Source of the DNA: Heterodontus francisci | Lineage: Eukaryota | Length of the DNA: 64,000 nucleotides | Assembly: GCF_036365525.1 (NCBI RefSeq) | Contig: NC_090387.1 | Location: 16,072,375-16,136,374, forward strand | Direction: 5' to 3' | Shown: positions 37,417-50,270 of the stretch, in pieces | How positions within the stretch are numbered: the stretch's first letter is position 1 | Layout of the letters: every line of letters starts with the position of its first letter | Notes under the pieces: generated by a model | What the model saw: the letters and a program-made list of their open reading frames with translations, nothing else | Told to the model about the DNA's origin: nothing | The model's database searches: none | Program-made: the position numbers and the translations under genes

Positions 37417-38629
37417 ATATTGCCTCAAACCTTTCCACTTTATTTTTCGCCTTCTCTTTCCTGTCTCAATTTGCATGTGTGTATCGCATATGTATGCTAG
37501 CGTGGGCGCGTCATGTATCCATAGGCATTAACCGAATTGGAGTTTAAGTTTAAGTTTAATAAATTTCAACTTTTCTCCTTTTAACCCAAGAAAGCCAGTC
37601 TTATAATTGGAAAGCGGTGAACAAGGGTTCACCAAGGGAGAGCTAAAAACATGGTGTGTTTAAAATTAAACCCTGTTACAATAAGACTAGGTGAAGGCTG
37701 AGAGGGACCCCTAGACACCTTTCTCACCTGGTCGTAACAAAAAATATACCTACCAAACGGGCATCGTCTCATTAACATCGCATATCACAGCAGCTCCCAA
37801 ACTCACCACTGTCAGTCTGGCCCTTGTGGATTCTCACCAATCGCAAGACAGACGAAGGAAGCCTGGCTGTTGATAAAGTGGTAACATCAAACAGCTGTGC
37901 TCGCACAAGCAGGATGTGATTTACTGGCTGAACATTGTCTGTACAGCTTCGAGCCCACATCAGTTCAAATCCTCCTGCATTCAGAAAACAATCAGAAACA
38001 ATAGACTCCCAGCTTCGCTCTGTGAGATCACAGTAATGAAGAGCTGTGTGGCTCAATGATTAAATCTTTCTAAACTTGCTCTCTTCAAATGAATAAAAGA
38101 AAGAAATGAAACTGGGGCACAAAGATTGCAGTAAGCAGAAAGAAAGAGAAATGGCAACAGTTAAACTAGTTTCACAATTATTTGCACTGTTAAATTAACT
38201 CATTTGGTCACAGAGGCTAGCCACAAGATGGCTTTAGGATATCCCTTTGAGTGTGACATCCACTTGGCAGTTTTCGAAATGCATGTCATGTTTGCATATC
38301 ACCGAAAACATCTGCTAGTAATGTCGCCATGCAAATGGTTTTCATGCTGGATGTTATGAGGAGTCAAAAGCAATGGAGCAAATCACTGACTAATTCGTCA
38401 TTACCGACCTTTTCCAAATGAAGTCAGAGACAGTCTGCAGCCTTGCACATTGATCAATAAAACATTATCCCAGTCCTCGCAGGGTTCAAGTGCTGTTGAA
38501 CTCAAAGTCTAAGTCAGTTCTTGTATCTCTTATCAACAATCCAGTAGTGAAATGTGTGGTAGACTGAGCCAAGGAACGACATGGTGTTTGTTACCACCCG
38601 TGATTCACCGGGAGACGAACTCAACCGCA

Positions 38630-38845
38630 ACATCAACTTGCATTTATATAGCGCCTTTAATGTCCCAAGGCACTTCACAAGAGCGCAATCATTTTAAAAG
38701 TTAACACCAAGGAAATATTAGGACGGGCGACCAAAAGCTGGGTCAAAAAGGTAGGTTGTGAGAAGTGTCTCAAAGTAGCAGAGAGAGGCGAAGTGGTTTA
38801 GGGAGGGAAATAAGGCCTGGATGGCTGAAGGCATAGCTGCCAATA
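38630..38845 (-). mobile_element. L2 3' end
   Basis: 'aacttgcatttatatagcgcctttaat...gaccaaaagctgggtcaaaaaggtagg'. Confidence 0.7.
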
Positions 38846-39049
38846 GCACACCTGGGTGCCTTAATTGAGGAGAAACATCATTTGAAAATGGTGTGGGGGG
38901 GAGGGAAGAGACACCAAAAATTGTTGCAACTGTCCTAAGTAATGTTAATATTATTAAACAGAAATGTTAAACTGGGCAGTATAGTACTGTCTATTTGGAA
39001 ACACAAGAGAAAATTACAGAAACCTTATGCCTCTGCTGCAATGCCATGT

Positions 39050-39350
39050 GGACTACGGGGGTTGACACACTGTCCTTTCACGTCTGGAATATGGGTTTGA
39101 ATCCAGTACAGATTAATGGGATCAAAGTCCTTTATCTCTCTTGTGGCTGAGAGGATACTTTACTAAAATAATTGTGAGCAGTTTGCATTCCAATAGTTCA
39201 TCCAGAGTTCACACTATGATGTCAAACTGGTGCATTGTGGTTGCTTATCTAAGATGGGGGTGAGAGTTTTAAGAAGCTGTTGAGCCAAGTATAAGCTGCC
39301 TTACTCCAGATCTATCCCTTTCATTGTACCGGACGAGGGTGTCATTCATA
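39050..39350 (+). repeat. Highly degraded tRNA-headed SINE, possibly LF-SINE-related
   Basis: 'gtcctttcacgtctgg...gggtttgaatccag' resembles the LF-SINE head. The rest is very diverged. Confidence 0.3.
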
Positions 39351-40654
39351 TATATGCAGTGAGTACGTAAAGCGCGCAAATCTACCGACATGCCCAAATT
39401 GTTGAGCAAAAAATACTTGTCAAAACATTGTTGAGAGCGAAAGGCATCGTATGCATTCTAGATACCCTCATGGCTTGTCAAAAGTCTTGCTGTGATTCTA
39501 ATGCTGTGGGATTGTGGGATATTCAAAAAGCCACATGCACCATACGCATCTTGTGAATTGCTGCTTCAAAAGAGCATGTTCGCTCAAAGGTATCAGTCGT
39601 ACTTTACTGGGCACTTTATTCCCTGTACCTCTAGTACATCCAGGGATAACACCAGCAAGGGCTTCAAACTTCAACTTCCAAACCCTGGCAAAGTGTCTCC
39701 ACAGGTAAACAGCTTGTAAGTAAAATTTAAAGGAGAGGTGCCTCTAAAGTGTTCTTGAACAGCCTCGCTGTTGGATCTAAGACCTTTGCCCTCTGTTAGA
39801 CTCCAGTATTTAGATGCAGAACTGAATGACATTTTAAGATTTATTCTCTCCACAACACTCCATATTGAGAAATGTTTAATAGATTTAGTTCATTCCAGTT
39901 GAAAAGCTAAAATCTTTTTTGCAGATGTTATGTGGGGAGAAAAAAGAGAAACATATTTTGGAAAACTCAGAAGCTGTTCCAAGACTTCATTACCTCACGC
40001 AGACTTTTATTTTGCTCTTTGCCCTTTGTTCTTTTTTGAACCCTGCCAATTTTCTCCTCTTCTCCAATCCTGAGTATTTTGACTCTTTGTTGACATAGAG
40101 TCCCATGGGTCCTGTACTCTGCCCAAGCATCTGTGCTTCCTGTGTTAGCCAAGACAAAGAGGGAGGTATATCACCTGACCACACAGACTATTTCAGCTGA
40201 ATCTGATCTAGTCCTGTTCTGAGCACTTTTATTAGAGGCCCAATAGCAAGCAAGAGCATGAAGCTTTTTCCCTTTGCTCACCTCTGAGGCTCTTTTCACA
40301 GCCTGGATGAGGAAAGCACAGACCATAGAATGAATCTGAGACCTTCCTGGTTTCTATGGCTCAGTATTCACTACCTTAATCAGTTGAAATATCAAGCAAC
40401 CCCCAATGGCTCTTTTTCAGCTTGAGATGTATTGAATTAAGAACAGATTTATACACCATTATCACAATAAGTTCTAACCAGTAACTATATTAATATAGAC
40501 AATGTGATGGTGTAGGACATGTGCTTCGGAATGGTAAAGCTACAGCCATCAAACATCCCAGTTTAGCTCCAGACGGATTTAAGGAGTGGGGTTGGAAGCA
40601 CACAAATAGCATTTGAAGGTTTGGGGAAGACCATTTGCACCCATTCCTTGCCTC

Positions 40655-41050
40655 AATGGTAGCACTCTTACCACCAAGCCGGAAAGCCATAGGTTCAAAC
40701 CCTCACTCTAGAGAATTGAGCACATAATCTAGGCGGATATTATGAGGGCATTGCTGCACTTTTGGAGGAGCTGTCTGTCCTCTCAGGTCAATGTAAAAGA
40801 TCCCAAGACACTATTTGAAGAAGAGCAAGGGCGTTCTCCCCAACATTTAATTTCCTAAACCAACATCACTGAAACAGATCATCTGTTCATTAATCTCATT
40901 GCTGTTTGTGGGATCTTGCTGTGCGAGAATTGTCTGCCACATTTCCCTACAACAGTGACCAGACTTCAAAAAGTACTTCATTGGATGCAAAGCACTTTGG
41001 GACGTCCTGAGGTTGTGAAAGGTGCTATATAAATGCAAGTTCTTTCTTTC
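40655..41050 (+). mobile_element. SacSINE1-like Deu SINE
   Basis: Head 'ctcaatggtagcactctta...ggttcaaacc', Deu core and L2-type tail. Confidence 0.75.
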
Positions 41051-41801
41051 TCCTTCACTAGTGAGCAGCCAAGAGCAGCATTATAAAAGGGATGCACTGA
41101 GCCACTTCCCTAAAACTCCAGCTGAACAACAAGTCTGGCACAGGGGGAAATGGGGAAAAGAAAAATAATATTTGAAATGGAGGGGAGCATATAAAGATAT
41201 TGATATATTACTTACTATTAAAGTATTGTAAATCCTAGCACTTTCCAAATAGCATTCTTTTTGCGTTGCAAGGTTTCGGCTAGATACATCTAGTCAAGTA
41301 CAGCTTATTCTAATAGTGTTCCTTACAACACACAATACCATGCAGGGTCGTCAAATGTGGTGCAAGGAGAGGAAATCTGCCTGCAAGACTCCTCCACCTG
41401 CCTTCTTAATTTGCCTTTTGTTTTCCTTCATAGTTCCTCCAACGGTGGCAATTCAGCCACTCTGCCTCACCCACTGCTGATTGTAAACTGAAACAAAATC
41501 CGTATTTTCCTAATTTTTTTTGTACCTTAACGTTCCAATTTAAACAGAACACTATCTGGTTAACGCACTTTCATGGAGGCTGTCAAGTTAAATCCTGCAG
41601 CAGTGGCTATTTATTTTGTTTTGAAATCTATGTTTCCCCTCTGTTTAATCTCGAGCCTGTGTCTCTTAAACAGCGTCGCTTCCCGTTTTGAATTAAGATC
41701 CAGCATGCTACTCAGCTCCCTAGCTTGTGGCAATTCAAGCCTTCAATCAAAAGTAAATGCATCTTCATATCTGAAGCTAACACCCAGAGCACAACACAAG
41801 C

Positions 41802-41824
41802 CTATATTTAGGTCTGAGCAGCTG
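41802..41824. promoter_or_regulatory. MEF2 site plus E-box pair in a non-repeat block
   Basis: CTATATTTAG (41802-41811) matches CTA(A/T)4TAG. CAGCTG lies at 41819-41824. Confidence 0.35.
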
Positions 41825-42344
41825 GTTTGCTGCTTTATAAAATCAATATATTTTATAATTGTGTGGTATTGCGTAATTAAATTATGCACGTTCATAGAGG
41901 TGCATTTGACGTACCCTTTAGTAAATCATTCTCAAGGGGGTGTGGCTGCCTTTAGCCTTGCAAAGCAATTTTGCCTGCTTTTAATCTTGTGAGAGTCAAT
42001 GACTGCTTCTGCTCTGTCAGGTTTTTTTTCCTGCCTGTTCCTGGTTATACCTGCGTCATGCACCAGCTGTGGCCCAGGAGATAGCTTCACCTTTGGAGAA
42101 AGGGCCTTCCTGCTGCCTGGAAATTGGGATTGGTAGCTCAATGTGGAGAGAGAGAGTGTTATGAGCTCACAGGACACCAGTCTGGTGTGTACTCTGTCTT
42201 TAATGAAACTCACTGTAATGGCTACCTCCAGTCAGAGTGCCTCAAGGCAGAGGTCACAGGACTACAGCAAGCCAGGAGGCAAATTGGTATAGTATTGCAT
42301 TTCTATCCCAAACAGAGGGGTGGTGGAGGGGGATGGGGGAGCAC

Positions 42345-43285
42345 TTTTTTTTAAATTCATTCATGGGATGTGAGTGTCGCTGGCTAGGCCAGCATTTATT
42401 ACCCATCCCTAATTGCCCTTGAGAAGGTGGTGGTGAGCTGCCTTCATGTGAGGTAGGTGCACCCACAGTGCTGTTAGGAAGGGAGTGCCAGGATTTTGAT
42501 CCAGCGACAGTGAAGGAACGACGATATAGTTCCAAGTCAGGATGGCGTGTGACTTGGACGGGAACTTGCAGGTGGTGATGTTCCCAAGCACCTACTGCTC
42601 TTGTCCTTTGAGGTGGTAGAGTTGCGGGTTTTAAAGGTGCTGTCTAAGGAGCCTTGGTACGTTGCTGCAGTGCGTCTTGTAGATGGTCCACACTGCTGCC
42701 ACTGTGCGTCGGTGGTGGATGGAGTGAATGTTTGTGGATGGTGTGCCAATCAAGCGGGCTGCTTTGTCCTGGATGGTGTCAAGCTTCTTGAGTGTTGTTG
42801 GAGCTGCACCCATCCAGGCAAGTGGAGAGTATTCCATCACACTCCTGACTTGTGCCTTGTAGATGGTGAACAGGTTTTGGGGAGTCAGGAGGTGAGTTAC
42901 TCGCCCCAGGATTCCTAGCCTCTGACCTGCTCTTATAGCCATGGTATTTATATGGCTACTCCAGTTCAGTTTCTGGTCAATGTTAAACCCTAGGATGTTG
43001 ATAGTGGGGGATTCAGCAATGGTAATGCCATTGAATGTCAAGGGGAGATGGTTAGATTCTCTCGCGTTGGAGATGGTCATTGCCTGGCACTTGTTACTTG
43101 CCACTTATCAGCCCAAGCTGGGCATTTCTACACGGATTGCTTCAGTATTTGAGGAGTCGCAAATGGTGCTGAACATTGTGCAATCATCAGCAAACATCCC
43201 CACTTCTGACCTTATGATTGAAGGAAGGTCATTGATGAAGCAGCTGAAGATGGTTGGACACTACCCTGAGGAACTCCTGCAGTGA
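42345..43285 (-). mobile_element. CR1 family B 3' part
   Basis: ORF 42631-43104 (KCQAMTIS...DQKLNW...YKAQVRSVMEYS) plus 3' UTR and tail. Confidence 0.9.
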
Positions 43286-43839
43286 TGGGTGGTGGAGGAG
43301 GATGGGGGGGCAGTGTGGTTGAGTTAGATGCAAGAACCGCATCCCCTATTCTGCCTTTTTAACAGGTTTCTTGAAGAAGGAATTGCATGGACATGTTTAT
43401 TACAAGGTGGCAATGTATGGCTAAGAGTTTATTTTTCACTCCCGTTAAAAGACTTTGTCTTTTTCAGCAAAGTCAATGAGCTTGTGTGAAATTCCTTTGC
43501 TGCTTTAATGGAAGCATTGATTTATTTGTTTTGAGTGGGGATAATGCCTCCATCAAACTGGTGAACAAAAGCATTTCATAAAATGTGTTAAGCATTCAAA
43601 CGCTAATATTCAAAGTAACTAATTTCAAATATAGTACTGTACACATTCACACTGCAAGATTAGTATGTCTTGAAGTAGGATGCTCTGAGACAAGATCACT
43701 GCTTTAACCTATTTACCAGTGATTCATTTCATTGTGAGTAATGTAAGTAGTATGTGTAAGTCATTTATTTACTGTTAAGTTTGATTAGAAGTATGGAGAA
43801 GAATAGGTAATGTACATTAAGTGGACAATTACACTTATT

Positions 43840-44710
43840 AAAGGTGATCTGATAGACGCTTTTATAATTATGAAGGGGTTTGATAGGATAGGCATAGAAA
43901 AGGTGTCTCCACTTGTGGATGAGTCCAAAGCCAAGGGTCATAAATATAAAAAAAAGTCACGAATAAATCCAATAAGAAACTCTGGTTAGAATGTGGAACT
44001 CACTACCACTGAGAGCAGGTAAGATGAATAGCACAGATTAATTTAAGGGGAAGCTCGATAGGTGAAGGAGAAAGGAATGGTGATAAGTTGAGAGTGTGAG
44101 GAGGCTCTTAGCGGCAGGATCTCATTAACATTTTGTAGGTCCGTCTCCCGCCCAGCATTCAGCCAAGTGGACAGCCTGGTCATCAGGTTGGTGGGACTAA
44201 TAGCAGCAGGAAACCATAGCCAGGACCCTTAGGAATAGTCCCCAGCAACTGAGGCAAGGAGGTGGAGAAGCACACAGTCAGGAGTACTGGGAAGGTGGGA
44301 TTGTTGAGGGGGCCTGTGATCGGGGCTAGTGGAGGATGAAGGCTTCCTTGTGGGGTCTGGCGGGGAAAACACCAGCTCCTACTGGCTCACAAGCAGTACT
44401 GCAAGAGGCACTTCCCTTGGGGAGCTGGCAACTCCGGCCTCTGTTTGACTCACCAGGGTTCCCAACGCCTGGGAAACTTGTGCAGTAAATCAGGCTCTCA
44501 ATTGCACTGTAGGAGCCCAATTTAAATATGTTGATTAAGCATCCTTCCTCAAAACAGTGGGACACTCAGATGCTCCAATATCCACTGCTGTAAAAATGGC
44601 ACCAGGTGCATGGGCAGTACGTTGGGGACGTGTTCCATGATTTTAACTATTTACTGCCTCCCCCAACTCTCTCCTGCCTGTCGTGAGGGAGAGGGGATAA
44701 TATTAAGGTC
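43840..44710. mobile_element. Degraded CR1 3' fragment (about 43840-44105, +) followed by an old GC-rich MITE-like remnant (about 44110-44710)
   Basis: CR1 'ggtgatctgatagacgcttttataattatgaagggg'. The downstream GC-rich block resembles Harbinger MITE interiors, but its ends are eroded. Confidence 0.45.
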
Positions 44711-45879
44711 ATAGTGTTAAAATCGCATTGTACAGTATTGGTGAACATGTTCGTGTGACGTACCTTCATCTTTGATTTTAATGTTTCCTTTCAATAAGTT
44801 CAATCAAATATTGCACAGAATTTTATCAGAAGGGGTTAACACATTTATTACTAATGTTGCACATTGCAATTTCAAACCCTCAGGGATTACCACATATAGC
44901 ACATATTGCGGGGGGAAATCTAAAATGATACATCAGGTCAATTACAGTTAAGTGACTAATCAATAAGGTACTATTTCTGTTAGCTATAGAAACAGCAAGA
45001 CCCAAATCCATTTTCTATCTATACTCATTAACGGAATCATTTTAGCTGTGAATTACCTTTATATGATCCAGATGCATACATTTTTAACCAGATTTTACAG
45101 CCAAACTGAAATGTCTTATGCTTTTCTACAATTTACTAAATTACACTCAAAGAAATGTGATGCAATTTAGATTTAGGGAGCATTTCAATGCAGTTAAAAG
45201 TATCTGTGCAACAGAGCACGAGTTACTAATATTTGACAGTGCATGAGAAGTGAACAAAACCGTGTGGCAAACCAATTATTCATTATACAGTCAAAGCTGT
45301 GGTACCAATATTGCAGAGTTCTGCAGTGCTCGGGCTGAAGGTTGCACTTGTTTGTTGTGGTAATGAATATTTAAAGCAACTTTTGCATGTGCTGCCCATT
45401 AACTGGAGAGCCTGCGGTGAACTGCCACTAGTTAACAGAGCTGTAAAAACTGAATGTAAGAATAAAGAGGCAGAAAGATGCTGAGGAGCTGAAATAGACA
45501 CAGGAACTAGTGGAAATGAGCAGCAGCTTAGTTAATATCTGACAGAGCAATAAAAACCTGCTGGAAAACACTCAGCAGGCCAGGCAGCAACTGTGAAGGG
45601 AGAAGCAGAGTTAACAGGCTGAATTTTAACTGTCAGACCTGCTCAAGATGGGGAGCTCGGCAACACAGCGGGCACTCGGAAGTTTCAGCAGCGCGTTTGT
45701 TAGTGGCTTTTTAACTCAGCCATGGCTTTTGCATCTGAATTCCAGGTTTCCTGACCAATTAGAGTGAGCAAGCATGATGCTGACCACATAAGTCTGTTTC
45801 AGCTCCACTATTTAAAGAGACTCTGTGAGGGTCAGGATTGAAGGAGAGTCTAATTGTCATAACAGAGCCAGGGATTTCA

Positions 45880-47540
45880 CAGATAGAGTCTCAATGTGGA
45901 AAAGCAACACCACGCTTCTCAGGCGACCCTGGACATCATGCTGTGGGGTGTAGGAAGATTCTGATCCCAGCGGATGGAAGGAAGAAGTCTGCTGCATGGC
46001 TGGAGGTGCCAAAGAGGTCGACAGCTGGAGTGTGGTACCTGGCTCCTGGATACAGTGCGGCAAGAGGTTCAATGACCTGATCAGGGCAGGAAAGGTCAGT
46101 GTCATGCCACATTCAAGTACAATCCCCCTCACTCTGCCTTCCCCAGACTTCTCCTGCATATCGCTGCTCAGAGCAACAAACCTTGCAGGTGCACCCATCC
46201 CTGTCTGACGTGACACCACCTCAGATCCCCATCTGACCACTCACCATTGACACTCATCCTCATCCTATGGCAATGTCACACTCATCCCTCAAAGTGACCC
46301 TCCACAAATGTTGTCCTTCCATCCTATCAAAACATTCTACTCTTTACATTCATAGGTCTCTTCTACCTCTCCTTGCAGGAGAGAGTACAGAACACCAGGG
46401 TAAGGCAGAGAAACAGGAGTGGATGGGGGAGGGATTGGCCTGCAGTCATCGCCACCTTGACAGCTGTGGAGGAGAGCACATTGAATGTAAGCCAGCTCTT
46501 GGCCTGCATAGCCATCGGAGATGAAGAGATGAGAGTCTCCCAGCTACCTGGTGACAGAATTTAAAGTAACACAGCCGCATGGCTAACAAAACTCACTCAT
46601 GTTGAGTTGATGTTAGCACCTACTGAAATATGGTGATCTGCACAATGATAACTCAGAAACCTCTTAACCTTGTCATTTCTAATTCAAGTCTTTCATCCCC
46701 CACAGGTCCTTCAAGCATCCCTAAGGATGTGGTGCCAGAGAGGGAAGGTGATTCCTTATAGGAGGCCACTCATTCTGAGGAAGCACCACAACACAACTCA
46801 TGCACATTGTCCACAGTTCAGATAAAAGCACCTTGTTAGTGCCCCCAGGACAGGTAGTTCGGTTGTCACAGGGTGAAGCACATGTCACAAGCGAGGAGCA
46901 AGTGGTTGAAGACAGGGACTTTAGTGGAGACATCCCATCGGACGGCGCAGGAGTCTGCTTCTAGCATGAGTGCAGTGATGTCTCAGGCCTTCATGCTGAT
47001 GTGTGCATCCATGGAAAGAGCTGCCACCTCCATGGAGAATCAGATGCAACAGGCAATCGAGTGCATGCTGGCCCTCGCCAATGGCCTGCACCCTCAATCT
47101 GCCACCTTAAGCAGGATTGAGGAAAACCTCGCCTTGGCTGTTCAGCACCTCACCTAAGTGCAGCAGGGTGCTCTCCAGCTCTGGGCTAGCAGGGAGGTGA
47201 GGGTGGGCCAAGCAGGGGAAGATGGAGAAAGCGCACGTGGAAGTGGGAGTCTGCTCAAAGCACATCCACCACTGACTAATTGCACCCATTGCCCACACTC
47301 ACCCAGTCACAGCTCCGGTGCTGCCTCCTGTCCACATGGTCATGTCTGCCCCTACACAGGTGCAGGTGGGGCAGTCTTTAATGGATCCCTTACAGGCTCC
47401 AAAACCCAAAGAACATCAGCCAAGAGCGTCTAAGCAGTCAGAGCAGGGAAACGAGCAGCCTGTCTCTAGTTCTGCTGAAGTCGTGGGGTTGCAGCACATA
47501 GGAGTTGTACAAGATGAAAGGGAAAGGATTTGTACTTGCA
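45880..47540 (+). pseudogene. Harbinger Myb/SANT-like (trihelix) DNA-binding protein gene, spliced, frameshifted
   Basis: PRFS...ADGRKK-AWLEV-EVDSWSVVP-SWIQCGKRFNDLIRAGK ends at donor 46094. Exon 2 spans 46379-46550 and exon 3 starts at 46706, with a coiled-coil region (MERAATSMENQMQQ). Confidence 0.8.
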
Positions 47541-47554
47541 CAAGGGGATTCACT

Positions 47555-47770
47555 TGACTTTTTTTTATCCGTTCTTGGGAAGTGAATGTCGCTGGCAAGG
47601 CCAGCATTTATTGCCCATCCCTAGTTGCCTTTGAGAAGCTCCTTGATGCCACACTTGGTCAAATGCTACTTTGATGTCAAGGGCAGTGAGTCACACCTCA
47701 CAATGAATTCAGCTCTTTTGGCCATGTTTGGACCAAGGCTGTAATGAGGTCTGGAGCCAAGTGGCCCGGC
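47555..47770 (-). mobile_element. CR1 family B fragment nested in the Harbinger
   Basis: 3' UTR 'gctggcaaggccagcatttattgcccatccc' fused to an RT piece. Confidence 0.7.
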
Positions 47771-48656
47771 AGTACTGTGTTACATTGTTACATTTCTGTT
47801 TAATGTTTTGCAGCCATAAGTTTTATTTCAAAATTCCATTGTGTCTTCCTTCCCATTTTCCCTGCTGCCTGGCAAGTAACCTTCTGCCTTGTGAAGAACA
47901 GTAAGACAAGAGTTAAAGGCAACCATGGGTTTCTATGAGAGGGATGAATTGTTGATTGTAGGACTGCTTTGTGCTAGCGGCTCAGTGGGGGCGGGGTCAC
48001 AGTGGGTTCAGAATTGGTGTGTTAGATGGCTGCACTGCCTCAGTTTAAGTGAAGTATGGCTTGAAAGGTTGTCCTGGGCATCCCTAGCAGCATAGTGAGT
48101 GGCGACAGGTGCCCTCGCAACATTAGGTTCCTCCTCCCCCCTTTGCTCCTCCTCTTCCATCTTCTCATCTGAGGATGCAGAGCACTCATAACTTTCCTCC
48201 TCCTGGAGCTCCAGTCCTCACTGCTTTGCAGTGTTGTAAAAGGTGCAGCTCACCACTATCATTCTGGAAACACTGGCAGGCACCTGAATTACATCTTCTG
48301 CATCTGATGGCTTTCTCAATGAACTGTGCTCATGTGGCTTCAGGTGCTCCTTTCCTGGATGTCAGTGGTAACGTTTCTCACAGGTGTCATCCTTAGAGAT
48401 AGCCCTTGTCTCCAAGGAGTTGCCCACTGACTCTGCTTGGAAGTGCAACTATCTACGGAAGACTGACTGGCGCAGGATGAAGGCATCATGGCAGCTTGCT
48501 GGACAGTCTCTGTCTTGCACAGACATGCATGATGATCTTTTGGTGGTTACATACCAGCTGAACATTGCTGGACGAGAATCCCTTTCAGTTGATGAAGACT
48601 CTTGGGTGATCTGGGACACTTTGATTGTCATATGGGTGCAGTCTATGACTTCTTGT

Positions 48657-49015
48657 GCGAGAGAGAAAGTGAGAGGTGAGGGAGGGAGGAGGGAGAGGGA
48701 GGGAAGTGGATGGGAGGAAGGGAGAGAGAGAGAGGGAGAGAGAAAGAGGGAGAAAGGGGGATAGAGAGAGTGAGGGAGGGAGAGGGAAGGAGGGAGGACA
48801 GGAAGAGCGAGGGAGAGAAAGAGAGGGAGGGAGAGAGGGGAGAGGAAGAGAGAGATGGGAGAGGAGACAGAGGGGGCAGAGAGAGAGAGAAAGAGAAGGG
48901 AGGGCGACAGAGACAGGGGGAACAACATAGAGGAGGGACTCAGAGAGGGAGGGGGAGAGAGCGGCAGAGACAGAGAGACAGACAGACAGAGAGAGAGAAA
49001 TGGAAGAGAGAGAGT
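48657..49015 (+). repeat. GA-rich low-complexity tract
   Basis: Near-pure purine run. Accounts for the spurious E/R/G and L/S/P ORFs. Confidence 0.9.
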
Positions 49016-49289
49016 GATCAAGGTCACTCCTGACAATGGACATCTACCCAGAGTACTCCTCATTGCTACAGCAAATGTGCAGGCAAATATTGACTCCTGG
49101 TGCAAGATGAAAATGCCAGGTGTCCCATTAAATCAGTGTCCAACATAGTGCCCCGAAAGTACGTCAATAAATTAGTCTTCTCATTTAAGGATTCTTCACA
49201 AAAATGCACCTTTGTTGTTGTTTTGATTAAGATAAAATTTTAATGCCTTTATCTTTCTGAAATTGTCTCACCGGCCCCTTATGTAAGAC

Positions 49290-49638
49290 AAAAATTATAA
49301 TTTGGCCCCCCACCCGAAAATGTTGGGCACCCCCGCTTCAAGCCTTTAACCTTGTGTTTTAAATAACCCAGCAGCAAACATAATTGCAAAAGTAATTCGC
49401 ATTGGCATTGCATACAATTTTGCTTGCTAGCTAGCTAGTACAGTTGTGTTGCTCTCCATTGATCTTTGTATGCTTAGCTACTTTATTTACAGGTAGAAAT
49501 GTGTTTTATATTGGACTGTGTTTCAATGGCTTTAGATTGGATATATACGTTATATACAGATTAATCGCCCCCATGTCCGTGGCTGAGTCAATAATTTTGT
49601 CAAATGTCTGTGGTGCAACATGTTGGTGCCTATCCCTG
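49290..49638 (-). mobile_element. Possible hAT-type fragment(s) inserted in the transposase gene
   Basis: The terminus reads CAGGGATAGGCAC on the minus strand, exactly where transposase homology stops. A second hAT-like end 'ttggccccc...gttgggcacccc' lies at about 49301-49335. Confidence 0.45.
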
Positions 49639-50270
49639 CTGGCAAGACATGCCCATCTGGGTTCACTTGGAAGGAGATCTTGTTCCAGGAGACTGCACAT
49701 GTCAGCAGTGAGCTATCGAGAAGGTTTGTGCCTCCTGAGGCATTGGTGCTCAGTCCTGTCCAGAAAGCAGATCTTCTGCCTGTATACCCTGTGTTGGGGA
49801 TATCACCTTCTGCAAGCTGCAGCTTCGAGCTCATACCCTCTGTCCTGTGGAGCAGCAGGTGGTTCAGGAGAAGGCTGCTGTTGCTGGTGCTGCTCCTTTT
49901 ATTCCTCATTCGAGGTCCAAGGTAGAACTGCATAAGCTCCTCCCATTCTGCTATGAAAGTTGACAGCTGGGAAGTGCAGATCAAAGACAAAAAACTCCAA
50001 GGTAGCAGAAAGTATTGGAAATCGCCTCCAAAGCAGTGAAAGCAGTCTCTCAGAACAAGCCCAGTGAACAAAAGCCTTTCACTTAGGCAAGGAAGCAGCT
50101 GTCATATCTCTGTATTTAAAGGTTTCCAGCCTGTCAATTACTCAGCCCCATCAATCCCCACTGACCTTTCGCCTTGCTTAACCTGGTGAGTTCCAGGAAG
50201 CCCAGGAAATCCTTGTGCTCAGAGTTAGAGGCAGAATCCTGTGTTAAAACTGTACTTAATTGCTGTATTC

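Larger units (their letters stand above)
32457..37739 (+). mobile_element. Gmr1-like Gypsy (Metaviridae) LTR retrotransposon, internally deleted and decayed
   Basis: Two homologous LTRs, degenerate tRNA-Pro-like PBS (TGGGTGCTATCATCCAGAAT, about 33070), gag with coiled coil, SCAN-like capsid and zinc knuckle, protease, integrase HHCC directly after protease, and a purine-rich tract before the 3' LTR. No RT core is visible. Confidence 0.9.
36324..37739 (+). repeat. 3' LTR (TG...CA) carrying two younger insertions
   Basis: Starts TGTCATG after 'gggtgtggagg' and ends CGTAACA. Insertions at 36669-36903 and 37113-37416 are absent from the 5' LTR. Confidence 0.9.
48030..49946 (-). pseudogene. HARBI1-type DDE transposase, disrupted
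   Basis: N-terminus at 49946-49639 (YPQHRVYRQKICFLD-TEHQCLRR...DMCSLLEQDLLP). Catalytic core at about 48655-48030 (VIDCTH, FINxKGF, NVQLVC, SCHDAFILRQS, LGDKGY) with an acidic C-terminal tail. Confidence 0.85.

Noticed and set aside
41573-41992. 139-aa ORF in unique sequence
   Set aside because: No recognisable domain or exon boundaries. The composition resembles translated non-coding DNA.
48449-49148. Overlapping E/R/G-rich and L/S/P-rich ORFs, also at 50134-50686
   Set aside because: They are translations of GA/CT low-complexity tracts. Only the VIDCTH...SCHDAF part is real transposase.
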